Assembly (NCBI GenBank): GCA_041484665.1
Contig: JBGPIA010000009.1
Span: forward strand, 32,001-96,000
Length of the DNA stretch: 64,000 nucleotides
Origin: Candidatus Krumholzibacteriia bacterium
Lineage (GTDB): Bacteria; Krumholzibacteriota; Krumholzibacteriia; JAJRXK01
Reading direction: 5' to 3'
Of this stretch, positions 8,394 through 17,495 are shown piece after piece (the first letter of the stretch is position 1; the number at the start of each line of letters is the position of its first letter). The notes beneath the pieces were generated by a model, which was not told the origin of the DNA, did not search any database, and saw only the letters and a list, made by a program, of their open reading frames with translations. Made by a program: the position numbers and the translations under genes.

Positions 8394-10562
8394 CTATCTC
8401 CGCAGCAGCAGAGCGCGGCGGGCCGCGCGATCCGTGCCGCTCTCGGCAAGCAGCCAGTAGACGCCGGCCGCCACCGGCCGCCCCTGGTCATCGCGTCCGT
8501 CCCAGACCAGCTCGTGGCGTCCGGCAGCGAGGTCCAGCGGGGCGAGGGCCACGACCACGCGGCCGCGCAGGTCGAGCCAGCGCAGGCGCACGCGGCCGGC
8601 GCGGGCGAGCTCCAGGGTCAGGGCGATGCGCCCTGCGCCGCGCGACGCGGTCGCAGGCGACAGGCTCAACCCCGCCCGGGCCGCTTCGGCGGGCGGCGCC
8701 GGGGGCGCGCCGACCGGCGAGGTCGTGATGAAGAAGTGGCCCGCAGGCGGCGCGCTCTCACGGACCGGGTCGCCGGGCTCGCTCGCCTGGACCTTCCAGT
8801 AGACCTCTTGCCCGGGTTGCAGATCCTGCACCGTGAGGAAGGTGTCCGCGCCCGCTTCCCGCCAGTCCGGCGCCGCGAAGGCCGCAGAGTGGTCGAGGGC
8901 CACCCGGTACGACGTAGGCTCGCCGTCGTAGCTGAATGCGCTGCTCCAGCGCAGGAGGGCCGCAGTGGTGGGCAGCGTGGCGCCCTGCGCCGGAACCATC
9001 AGCGTGAACGGCCCCGACGGATCGTCGAACAGTGCCTCGTACGCGGCGGCAGCGCCCAGCAGGTAGGTGCGCGCCTGGAGGCTCTCCTGGGGAGTGGCAT
9101 AGCCACGCTCCAGCAGCGAGGCCTTCCAGAAGTGATTCATTCCGTCGGCGCCGCGGCGGGCCACGGCGGCCGGTACGGGCCACGGCGCACCCATCTGGAT
9201 CTGGATCGGCGAGGTCACGGCGCGCAGCGTCTCTGCCGGCGCTTCCCACGCCCCCCCGTCGGCCACCAGCTCGAGGAACAGCGCATCGTCGCCGCCCAGC
9301 GGCAGCGCGAAGGTCGTATCGATCGCGCCGCGCCCGGCCGGCCACGCCGCCGACCACCGCAGCCCGCCCACCCCGTGCAGGCGCGCCGCGCGCAGGGGCG
9401 TGCGGCTCGCGGCGCGCAGCAGCACCGTCACGAGGCCCGGCCCTGGCAGGGATGCCGTCTCGCCCAAACCGTGCCCGGCGATCTGCAGCTCGCGCACGAT
9501 CGGGCCGTCGGTGGCAAAGCAGCGTCTCTGGGCCACCGCTTGCTCCCACAGCCCGGGCAGCTCCGGAGAGCCGGCGGGCGGCGCCCCGACGATCCGGGCG
9601 AACGTCCGCGGCCAGCCCGGGGGGCCCGTGCCGTAGCGGTCCAGCGTCATGTCCGATTCGCCCACGGCCGCCCAGCGCGCGCCCACCGCCAGCGCGTCGG
9701 CGTACTCCTGTACAGCCCAGTGCCCCGGGCCGTTGCTCGCGCTGCCGGCGGCGATGCCCTGCAGGCGCGGGCCCATCGCGAGCGCCGCGAGCTCGCGCGC
9801 GTACCCGGAGTCCGGCCAGAAAAACCCGCCGACGAGCGTGTCGGTCGTGTGGGGATGCGCGAGCAACGCGACCGGCGCCTGCGCCGGCGCCAGCACGGCT
9901 TCCAGGCTGGGCCACGCCGGCTGGTCGGCTCCGCAGCACCCAGGCCCGTACGCCGACACGACCAGCTGGGGGAGCCCCAGCAGCACGACGTGACCCCAGT
10001 AGCTGGACCGGTACTCCTCGCCCCAGGCCAGGCTCACGCCCATCGGCTGCGGTGCCACCGGCCCGCCGGGATGCGCCGCATCGTTCGCCAGCAGGAAGAC
10101 CACCTCCAGGCGCTCGGCGCGCGCGGCCCGGGCTGCGTCCTGCGGGGTCCCCGGGGCGTAGCTGGCGGGTGGGTGCTGCAGGTGGACGTGCGGGTCGCCG
10201 GCGATCCAGCCATCGGCGCGCGGATCGATCCAGCGTGCCATGAGCATCGTTACCGCGGTGTTCGCGGCCACGGCCACGGTCGCCGCGACGGGCACGCCGC
10301 AGAGGCCCTGCACGGCGTGCAGCTGGTAGGATCCGGCGGGGACATCGACCAAAAGCGAATCCTCTGCGAGGACGAAGGGCGACAGACCCGCGCCGTGGTA
10401 GGTGCGCAGGAGCGGGTCGGGAGCGTTGAACAGGGGGCCGGCAGGGCCGACGATCTGCACCCGCGCAGCAGCGGGCTCCCCGCTGACCGCATCGCGCAGG
10501 CGCACGGTGAGGCGATGCGCCGCGGCGCTAGGGGGCCACGCTGCCACCGCGAGGGCGAGCAT
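8394..10562 (-). CDS. Secreted PHP-fold (CehA/McbA-like) metallohydrolase with FN3-like and C-terminal FlgD-Ig/T9SS-type domains (start 10562-10670)
   Basis: Signal MLALAVAAWPPSAAA; GDPHVH, GEEYRSSYWGHV, AHPH, FATDGP; FN3-like LQPGQEVYWKVQA; C-terminus WDGRDDQGRPVAAGVYW. Confidence 0.75.
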   Translation of the reverse strand: MLALAVAAWPPSAAAHRLTVRLRDAVSGEPAAARVQIVGPAGPLFNAPDPLLRTYHGAGLSPFVLAEDSLLVDVPAGSYQLHAVQGLCGVPVAATVAVAANTAVTMLMARWIDPRADGWIAGDPHVHLQHPPASYAPGTPQDAARAARAERLEVVFLLANDAAHPGGPVAPQPMGVSLAWGEEYRSSYWGHVVLLGLPQLVVSAYGPGCCGADQPAWPSLEAVLAPAQAPVALLAHPHTTDTLVGGFFWPDSGYARELAALAMGPRLQGIAAGSASNGPGHWAVQEYADALAVGARWAAVGESDMTLDRYGTGPPGWPRTFARIVGAPPAGSPELPGLWEQAVAQRRCFATDGPIVRELQIAGHGLGETASLPGPGLVTVLLRAASRTPLRAARLHGVGGLRWSAAWPAGRGAIDTTFALPLGGDDALFLELVADGGAWEAPAETLRAVTSPIQIQMGAPWPVPAAVARRGADGMNHFWKASLLERGYATPQESLQARTYLLGAAAAYEALFDDPSGPFTLMVPAQGATLPTTAALLRWSSAFSYDGEPTSYRVALDHSAAFAAPDWREAGADTFLTVQDLQPGQEVYWKVQASEPGDPVRESAPPAGHFFITTSPVGAPPAPPAEAARAGLSLSPATASRGAGRIALTLELARAGRVRLRWLDLRGRVVVALAPLDLAAGRHELVWDGRDDQGRPVAAGVYWLLAESGTDRAARRALLLRR

Positions 10563-10983
10563 GGCGAGCGGTCGGCCGGTGCTGGTCTGGCGGAAGGAGC
10601 GCACGGACGACCCGGGCGCGCGAGCAGCGGGCCGCCGCTGCCCCCGCGCGGAAATTGGCTGGGTGCACACTGCGGAGCCACGCCCAGTATATCACGCTTC
10701 ATCTCACACTTCCGGAATCGGCATCGCCCGTGGCCGCGGGCCCCGTTGCGGGCCTGGCCCCCCGGGACCCCGTCCGGCTACCGCCGGCGTGGACGGGCCG
10801 CCCGGGTCACCGGAAGGGCCCGCAGTACTCCCCCAGGCGGGCCGGTAAATCGCCATTGAACAACAAGTTGAACACTTCGGCGCTCAAGCTTTCGCCCCCG
10901 CCGGCCGACAACCGCATGGGTCCTGATGGGTCCTACCGGGCCGTAAGGCTTCGGACACCACGCACCCGGCCGCCCGCGTGAAC

Positions 10984-12912
10984 ATGAAGCTCGCTCCTCG
11001 CCTGCCATTGCGCGGCCGGACCCTGCTGCTGCTGCTGCCGGTCATCGCGGGAGTGCCGCTGGCCGTGGCCGTGCTCGCGGAGCGTCACGTCTTGGCCGAC
11101 GCACACCGGCTGGCGGAGGCCACGCTGCCCGCGCGCCTGGAGGCGCGCCTCTCCCCGCTGGTGGCGCGTCTGGAGGCGATCCGCGGTCAGCTGCGACTTG
11201 CCGCTGCGCTGTCCGGTGACGGCGTGGCGTGGGAGACCGTGGTGGCCGGGGTTCGCGCCAGCTGTCCGGAGATCGAGCTGCTGCGCCGCGTCGATGGAAC
11301 GGCGGCCGCCCAGCCCGCTGGGACCGTGCCGCAACTGGTCGAGCCGTTGCTGGGCGCCCGCCCGCGGTGCCTGGTCGCGACGCTTTCGCCCGCGGCGCTG
11401 GCGGCGCAGGTGACAGCGGGGCCGCTGGCGCCAGTCGAGTCGATCATGACCGTTCTGCAGGGCTGCCGGTTGACGGGAGCGGATGCCGCTTCCGGCTTGC
11501 CGCGCGCGTCGGCCGCGCGTCTGCAGGAGGCCCTCGTCCACGGTGGCGAGCCGGTGCTTGTCCTTTCGACCGGCGCCGAGCCGCTGCTGGCGGCCGTGCA
11601 GCGCCGGCCGGACCTGGGGCTCGCGGCGGCGCTGCTCCTGCCGGATTCGGCGGTGCGTGCCGACCTCGCGGGGCTGGGTCACGCGCTGTGGCTGCGGGCG
11701 GCCGCGAGCGCGCTGCTGGCGCTGTGGATGCTCCTGCGCGTGCGCGCCTGGTTGGTGCGGCCGCTGCGCGAGATCAGCGCCCGCATGCGCGAGGTCGCGC
11801 AGGGCAATCTCGAGCTCAAGCTCGAAGCGGAAGGGCATGACGAGCTGGCGCGCGTGGCCGAGGCATTCAACGCCATGACCGCCAATCTCCACAACGCCCG
11901 GGTGACCATGGAAAGCCAGCGCCTGCGTCTTGCGGAGGCCCTGCGGGACCTGGAGGGGCTCGACCGGATCAAGGACAGCTTCCTGGCCCTGGTGAGCCAC
12001 GAGGTGCGCACGCCGCTGACCTCGATCCTCGCGGGCATCGAGTTCCTCATGGACGGCTCGTACCGCGAGCGCAGCGCCGACGAGCAGGCCCTCATGGAGA
12101 TCGTGCACGAGAGCGGGTCGCGGCTGGCGGGCTTCATGAACGACGCGCTGCTCATGGCGTCGCTGCAGGCCTCAAGGCGTCAGCGCAACGACGACGAGGT
12201 CTCGATCACCGCTCTGGTCGCCGGGCAGCTCGACGAGCTCCACGCACGCCTGGTGGAGCTGGGGCTGGAGGTGACCAACGGCCTGGACGGCCGCGGCGAG
12301 ATCGTGACCTGGGGCGACTGGACGCTGCTGCACGTGGCCGTGGCGAAAATCCTCACCAACGCCGCCCAGCACAACCGCAAGGGCGGCCGCATCGAGATCG
12401 AGGTCGTGGACCGGATCCGTGAGGGGCCCACGCTCTCCTGCGACAGCCTCCAGGCGCAGTGCGGCCGGACGCTCCCGCGAGCCGACATGTGCTGGCGCGC
12501 GCTGCGCGTCGCCAACACCGGACCGGTGATCCCGCCCGACCAGCTGGGGTGGCTCTTCCAGCGCTTCGAGCTTCTGCACGAGATCGACCACCACCATCGC
12601 GGCAGCGGGCTCTCCCTGAGCATCGTGATGGCCGTGCTGCAGCGCCACGAGGGCGCCATCGGGGTGCGCCAGGTGGGCGCCGAGGGGATGGCGTTCTACT
12701 TGATCCTGCCCATGCGCGAGTCGCCCCATGCGCGCGAGCAGAATCAGGCTTTGCCCGTGGGGATCGACAATCTGGTGCGCGCGGCGCTCACTGCCGCGCC
12801 GAGCGGGTCGGGCCGCTCGCAGCGCGTCTCCTTGGGCGAGCTCGCCTTGGCTCCGCTGGTGGCGCCGGCGGCGCCGGCTCCAGTCCGGGAGCAAGTCGCC
12901 GCGCCGCGCTGA
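10984..12912 (+). CDS. Membrane HAMP-domain sensor histidine kinase (no adjacent response regulator)
   Basis: Two TM segments; HAMP (RPLREI...DELARVAEAFNAM); SHEVRTPL; TNAAQHN, NTGPVI, LFQRF, GSGLSL. Confidence 0.85.
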   Translation: MKLAPRLPLRGRTLLLLLPVIAGVPLAVAVLAERHVLADAHRLAEATLPARLEARLSPLVARLEAIRGQLRLAAALSGDGVAWETVVAGVRASCPEIELLRRVDGTAAAQPAGTVPQLVEPLLGARPRCLVATLSPAALAAQVTAGPLAPVESIMTVLQGCRLTGADAASGLPRASAARLQEALVHGGEPVLVLSTGAEPLLAAVQRRPDLGLAAALLLPDSAVRADLAGLGHALWLRAAASALLALWMLLRVRAWLVRPLREISARMREVAQGNLELKLEAEGHDELARVAEAFNAMTANLHNARVTMESQRLRLAEALRDLEGLDRIKDSFLALVSHEVRTPLTSILAGIEFLMDGSYRERSADEQALMEIVHESGSRLAGFMNDALLMASLQASRRQRNDDEVSITALVAGQLDELHARLVELGLEVTNGLDGRGEIVTWGDWTLLHVAVAKILTNAAQHNRKGGRIEIEVVDRIREGPTLSCDSLQAQCGRTLPRADMCWRALRVANTGPVIPPDQLGWLFQRFELLHEIDHHHRGSGLSLSIVMAVLQRHEGAIGVRQVGAEGMAFYLILPMRESPHAREQNQALPVGIDNLVRAALTAAPSGSGRSQRVSLGELALAPLVAPAAPAPVREQVAAPR

Positions 12913-12988
12913 CGCCTCGACCGCGCCGCGCGGGCGCCGGCGGACGCAGGGCTGGCCTCTCGTGGCTGGCGGGCTGACGCCTGGCGGG

Positions 12989-14440
12989 CTACTGCAGGAC
13001 GAGGGCGATTCCCACGGACAAGACCCGCTCGCCGCTGACCGTGCGGCTCTGCGTGAGCAGCCCCAGGTCGAGACCCAAGCGCGAGCCGCCCAGGCTGCGC
13101 AGGCCGATTCCGGCGCCGCCCTGCAGCGCATCGCGCTGGTCGAGCTCCAGCCCGCCGCGCAGGGCCACGCCGGCGCGCGTCCATCGCTCGGCGCCCAGGT
13201 GCCAGCCCGTGCCGCCCGGCTCATGGCGCGCGTCCGCGGCGATCAGCCAACCACCCAGCTCCCAGCTCGCGTTCACCAGCCAGCTCGCGGGGATGTCGCT
13301 CGTCACGCGCTGATCCGTCGCCAGCACCTCGTGCGTCGTACGGCGGGCCGCCACGTCGTGCACGTAATGATCGCGCCGCGCCCCGTCGAAGCTCAGGTCG
13401 GCGAGCAGGTCCGCCACCCCCGCGCCGATCTCCAGCGTCCGCCAGCGCACGACCACTCCGGCATCGACCGCCTGCCCGCTGTCCAGATCGAGGCCGGGCG
13501 AGGCGGTGGTGTAGCGCGCGTCGTAGCCCAGGTCCAGCACCGCATCGCCCGACCGCGCGGCGCCCCTCGGCGTGAGGGCCAGCTCGCCCTGCAGCCCGGC
13601 CTGCGCGATGCCGAAGAGCCGCCGGTACGCCACTCCGGCCCACGCCCGCACCCGGTCGCGGTCGGCGTCCCAGTAGCGCTCCATCCAGTCGTTTCCATCG
13701 GTGTTGCCGCTGTCGGTGCCGACGGCCGCCACGAGCCGTGGCACGGGCAACGGCAGCTCGCGCGCGTAGGTGATCCCGCTGCTGAGCCACGCCTGCAGCG
13801 TGCCGTCCAGGCGCAGCCTTGCGGTCGTTGCGGCCGCCACCGGCCCGGGCGCCGCCAGCAGGCTGCGCAGCGCCGGGTCCAGCTCGATGCGCAGCTCGTT
13901 GCGCACGAACGGCTGCAGCAGCGCCAACTGCACCACGCCCTTGCGCGCTCCCAGGTCGAGGGTCAGACCTGCGTCCAGCAGCCGGCCCACGCTGCCGACG
14001 TGGAGGTCCGCGAGGGCGATGGCGTTCTGCAGGTCGGAGAGCACGACCGCGCTCGAGTCCGCACCCAAGCGCACCGGATGGCCCGCGAGCCCGTCGTCGC
14101 CACGGGGGACCGCCAGCGCCCACGGCAGGTTGGCGCACAGGCGCGCGAGCGCGGCCAGGTCGGGATCGGCGCTGTCGGGATCGAGCGTCGGAAAGTCGGC
14201 CGCGGTCTGCACCAGACCCAGCGGCAGGGTGACCACGCGCGCAGCGTGCAGGCTGCGGTCCGGGACGGCGCGGTAGCCCGGGTTGACGCGCGTAACGAAG
14301 CCGGGGCTGCCAGGCAGCGCGACGCCGCCCATGGCCATCCCTCGCGCGTCGAGCAGCTGGGCCCGCGCGGCGCCGCCCGCCGCCACGAGCACGATGCACA
14401 GTGCGGCGCAGCGTCTTTGCCGTCTCTCTTGCAGGCTCAA
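12989..14440 (-). CDS. Outer-membrane beta-barrel protein, FadL/PorV/TraF-like
   Basis: TTG start at 14440 overlaps the cobB stop, with GGAGG RBS. Signal peptide; N-terminal DARGMAMGG...VNP; alternating beta-strand C-terminal half (WHLGAERW, LRGG, LDLGL). Confidence 0.55.
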   Translation of the reverse strand: MSLQERRQRRCAALCIVLVAAGGAARAQLLDARGMAMGGVALPGSPGFVTRVNPGYRAVPDRSLHAARVVTLPLGLVQTAADFPTLDPDSADPDLAALARLCANLPWALAVPRGDDGLAGHPVRLGADSSAVVLSDLQNAIALADLHVGSVGRLLDAGLTLDLGARKGVVQLALLQPFVRNELRIELDPALRSLLAAPGPVAAATTARLRLDGTLQAWLSSGITYARELPLPVPRLVAAVGTDSGNTDGNDWMERYWDADRDRVRAWAGVAYRRLFGIAQAGLQGELALTPRGAARSGDAVLDLGYDARYTTASPGLDLDSGQAVDAGVVVRWRTLEIGAGVADLLADLSFDGARRDHYVHDVAARRTTHEVLATDQRVTSDIPASWLVNASWELGGWLIAADARHEPGGTGWHLGAERWTRAGVALRGGLELDQRDALQGGAGIGLRSLGGSRLGLDLGLLTQSRTVSGERVLSVGIALVLQ

Positions 14441-15216
14441 CGCGGCGGCCCTCCGCGGTGGTGGTCGATGGCGTGCACGAGCGCCGGCAGCGTGAGCTGG
14501 CACGGACCCGCCAGCACCCAGTCCGCCAGTCGGCTGGCCGGCGTCGTCTCGGTGTTGAGCTCGACGACCGCGGCGCCAGCCTCGATGGCGACCTGCACCA
14601 GCGACGCCGCGGGCTGCACCACGGCGCTGGTCCCCACGACCAGCAGGACGTCGGCGGCAGCGGTCCATTCCCCCGCGGCACGTACGTGACTGGGGGAGAG
14701 GGGCTCGCCGAACCACACGATCGCCGGGCGCTGCAGCCCTCCGCACCCGCAGTGCGGCAACACGCCGGGGGGTGGCCCCGGCTCAAGGTTGACCGCTTCG
14801 GCGCCGCAGCGCGTGCAGCGCACACGCCAGAGGCTGCCGTGCAGCTCGACGAGATCGGCGTTGTGTGGCAGCCCGTGCCGCTGATGGAGACCGTCGACGT
14901 TCTGGGTTATGATCCCCACGCGCGCGACGCGCCGTGCCAGCTCGAGGAGCGCCAGATGGGCGGAGTTGGGACGCGCCTCGCGCACGAGATCGCGGCGCCA
15001 GCCGTACCATTCCCACACGACCGCGGGCTGGCGCGCGAACGCTTCGGGCGTCGCCAGCTCTTGCACGGGATGGTTCTTCCAGAGCCCGTCGCTGCCGCGA
15101 AAGGTGGGGACGCCGCTGGCGGCGGAGATCCCCGCGCCGGTCAGCACTGCCACCTTGCAGGTGGGGCTCAGCCGCGCCAGCAGCGCAGCGGGGACGTCGT
15201 GAACGGGCTCGTGCAT
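14437..15216 (-). CDS. cobB: NAD-dependent protein deacylase (sirtuin)
   Basis: TGAGISAASGVPTFRG, TQNVDGLH, ELHGS, CxxC...CxC zinc site, FGE, VGTS. Confidence 0.95.
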   Translation of the reverse strand: MHEPVHDVPAALLARLSPTCKVAVLTGAGISAASGVPTFRGSDGLWKNHPVQELATPEAFARQPAVVWEWYGWRRDLVREARPNSAHLALLELARRVARVGIITQNVDGLHQRHGLPHNADLVELHGSLWRVRCTRCGAEAVNLEPGPPPGVLPHCGCGGLQRPAIVWFGEPLSPSHVRAAGEWTAAADVLLVVGTSAVVQPAASLVQVAIEAGAAVVELNTETTPASRLADWVLAGPCQLTLPALVHAIDHHRGGPPR

Positions 15217-16434
15217 CGCAAGGCAACCCTACAGAGATCGCTGCGCGCCGTCCAATACGGCGCGCGAGCGCCGCTGGGCACAGCGCTGACGACGCTGCTG
15301 CTCGCGATCTGCGTTGGCGGAGGCCAGGCGTGCGTGCACAGGGGCGCACCGGGCGGCGCCGTCGCCACGCATGCGGCGCGGCGCGACGCGCACAGCGGCG
15401 CGGCAGCGGGCTCGCGGCCCGCACCGGGCGGCGCAGCGCCGGCTGCGCCCGCCGCTCCCGCCGCCGCGGTCGCGCCGGCCGGGTCCGCTCCACCGGCCGC
15501 GGCGATCATCAGCGTGGCTGCCACCGCAGCCGCTGCCGGCGACTCGTTGGACTTCGCCGGGTCGGGCCCGGGGTTCACCATCCTGGAGCGCGCCATGATC
15601 GACGATGTCGACGAGGCGCTGGTGTCCTACCCCAGCGGAGCGTTGACCGTGCGCGGACGGCTGTTCGTGAATCCTTTCAGCCGCAACGACGTGGAGCCCT
15701 GCGTCCTGTTCAACCACGGCGGCGTCAGCGGCGTCAGTGACGTGGTCCGCCAGAAGTGCCGCTGGCTCGCCAAGCAAGGTTACATCGTCTTCGCGCCCAG
15801 CTATCGCGGCGAGGATGGCAGCGACGGCCACGTGGAGGTCGCGGCCGGCGAGGTCGACGACGTGATCGCCGCGCTGCAGATCCTGAGACACCACCCAGGC
15901 GTGGTGCCGGGGAAGTTCGCGCTGGTTGGCGCGAGCCACGGCGCATTGGTGTCGGTCAAGGCGCTGGTGCGCCCGGAGTGCAGAGCGCTCGTGCGGGGCG
16001 TGGTGGCCGCGTACGGCGTGATGGACATCGACGGGTGGTACCGCTATCTGGTCGACAACGGCTTCGACGTCCATGATTCTCTCAGCGTGCGCGTCTACGG
16101 CGAGGGCCCCAAGGACAAGCCGGAGGCCTTCGCCGCTCGCAACGCGCTGGCACTGATCGGGCAGCTCCCCGACGCCCCGATCCTCCTCGTGCAGGGCGCC
16201 CAGGACCGCACGGTGCCTCAGCAGCAGGCGATCACCATGTTCCAGGCACTGCGCGCCGCAGGCCGGCAGCAGGACCGCTGCCGCGTCTACGATCACGGCG
16301 GGCACGGCTTCCTGTTCTGGGACGACCCCAAGCTCCACTCGCACGAGGAGCTGCGCGACGCCCAATTCGCCTGGGATGACATCCTCGGATTCCTGCAGCA
16401 GACGATCGGCCCTCCCCCCGATTACGGGCCCTAA
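15211..16434 (+). CDS. Exported alpha/beta hydrolase, S9 (prolyl oligopeptidase-like) family; start uncertain
   Basis: NHGG, GASHG nucleophile elbow, QGAQDRTV (Asp), GGHGF (His). N-terminal hydrophobic segment plus Ala/Pro linker. Confidence 0.8.
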   Translation: MHRKATLQRSLRAVQYGARAPLGTALTTLLLAICVGGGQACVHRGAPGGAVATHAARRDAHSGAAAGSRPAPGGAAPAAPAAPAAAVAPAGSAPPAAAIISVAATAAAAGDSLDFAGSGPGFTILERAMIDDVDEALVSYPSGALTVRGRLFVNPFSRNDVEPCVLFNHGGVSGVSDVVRQKCRWLAKQGYIVFAPSYRGEDGSDGHVEVAAGEVDDVIAALQILRHHPGVVPGKFALVGASHGALVSVKALVRPECRALVRGVVAAYGVMDIDGWYRYLVDNGFDVHDSLSVRVYGEGPKDKPEAFAARNALALIGQLPDAPILLVQGAQDRTVPQQQAITMFQALRAAGRQQDRCRVYDHGGHGFLFWDDPKLHSHEELRDAQFAWDDILGFLQQTIGPPPDYGP

Positions 16435-16451
16435 GCGAAGCCGCGCTCACC

Positions 16452-17495
16452 GTGGCCGGCGCCGACGATCCAACACCGGTGCGCCGCTTCGCGGCCGACC
16501 CGCCGCTGGCGCTGCGCGCGCAGTCCGGCCTGGAGCCGATGGCCGACGCGGTGCTCTCGCTGTGGCCACGGCTTGCGCCGCAGGTGGCCGCCGGCGTGGG
16601 TCTGGCGCAGCCGCGCGTGCTGGAGGTCGTGCTGCTGCACGGCGACACCTTCCGCGCATGGGCGAGCGGCCTGGTTCCCGAGTGGGGGATCGGCTTCGCC
16701 AACTGGCCCGACGGCCCCATCGTGCTGGACGCCGCCGGCGCGACCCGGGGGCCGAAGGACCTCGCGGCGATCCTGCGCCACGAGCTCTCCCACGTGTACG
16801 TGGGCCAGCGCGTGGGCGGGGCGCCATTGCCGCGCTGGCTGGTGGAAGGGATCGCGCAGGAGCAAGCCGGCGAAGAGCGCTTCACCGACGCCGTCGCCCT
16901 GGCGCGCGCCGCCGCCCTCGGTCGGCTTCCGCAGCTCGCGGAGCTCGCCGACGGCTTCCCTGCGGGCGGCGGCGCGGCGGAGCTGGCGTACGCCGTGAGC
17001 CTGCGCGCGGTGGAGGAGCTCGACCGCCGCCTGGCGGGCCGAGGTGGTTGGCGCGCGTTGCTCGCCGCCGTCCCGGCCGCGGGGGCCTTCGAGCCGGCCT
17101 TCACGCTCACGACCGGGATGGATGTGGCGAGCTTCGAGCTGCAGCTCGGCGAGCGCCTGCGCGGCCGCTACGGATGGATCGCCCTGATCGGCAGCCTCAG
17201 CAGCGTGTTCACCCTGATGACCGTGCTGTTCCTGGCGGCGACCGCCCGCGCCTACCTGCTGCGGCGGCGCCGGTTGGAGCAGATGGAGCGGGCGGAGCAA
17301 ACAGAGCAGATGGGGCGCGCGGAGCAGACAGAGCAAACGCAGCAGACGGTCGAGACACAGCCGACCGGGCCGACGCAAGCAACACAGCCAACGGAACAGA
17401 TTGAGCCGGCGGAGCCGCCCGAGCAGGACGACCCGCTGGCGCAGCGGCCGTCGTTGGACGAGCGCTCAGGTCGCGGTGGGCCCGCGGGCCCCTAG
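16452..17495 (+). CDS. Peptidase MA-like zinc metalloprotease with C-terminal TM helix and repetitive tail
   Basis: HELSH (HExxH), PRWLVEGIA, LAYAVS; TM helix WIALIG...VLFLAA. Confidence 0.8.
   Translation: MAGADDPTPVRRFAADPPLALRAQSGLEPMADAVLSLWPRLAPQVAAGVGLAQPRVLEVVLLHGDTFRAWASGLVPEWGIGFANWPDGPIVLDAAGATRGPKDLAAILRHELSHVYVGQRVGGAPLPRWLVEGIAQEQAGEERFTDAVALARAAALGRLPQLAELADGFPAGGGAAELAYAVSLRAVEELDRRLAGRGGWRALLAAVPAAGAFEPAFTLTTGMDVASFELQLGERLRGRYGWIALIGSLSSVFTLMTVLFLAATARAYLLRRRRLEQMERAEQTEQMGRAEQTEQTQQTVETQPTGPTQATQPTEQIEPAEPPEQDDPLAQRPSLDERSGRGGPAGP
17274..17430 (+). repeat. Degenerate 9-bp (tripeptide xEQ/xQP/xEP) coding tandem repeat
   Basis: LEQMERAEQTEQMGRAEQTEQTQQTVETQPTGPTQATQPTEQIEPAEPPEQ; locally A-rich. 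Confidence 0.7.

Noticed and set aside
8259..10859. 866-aa plus-strand ORF
   Set aside because: Antisense to the well-supported metallohydrolase; no recognisable domain.
14401..15210. N-terminal extension of the 677-aa S9 hydrolase ORF
   Set aside because: Antisense to cobB. The signal-like segment begins after ~15211.
14437..15216. Sirtuin as an anti-phage (Thoeris/DSR-type) effector
   Set aside because: Canonical CobB with zinc ribbon and full deacylase motifs; no defence-gene neighbours.
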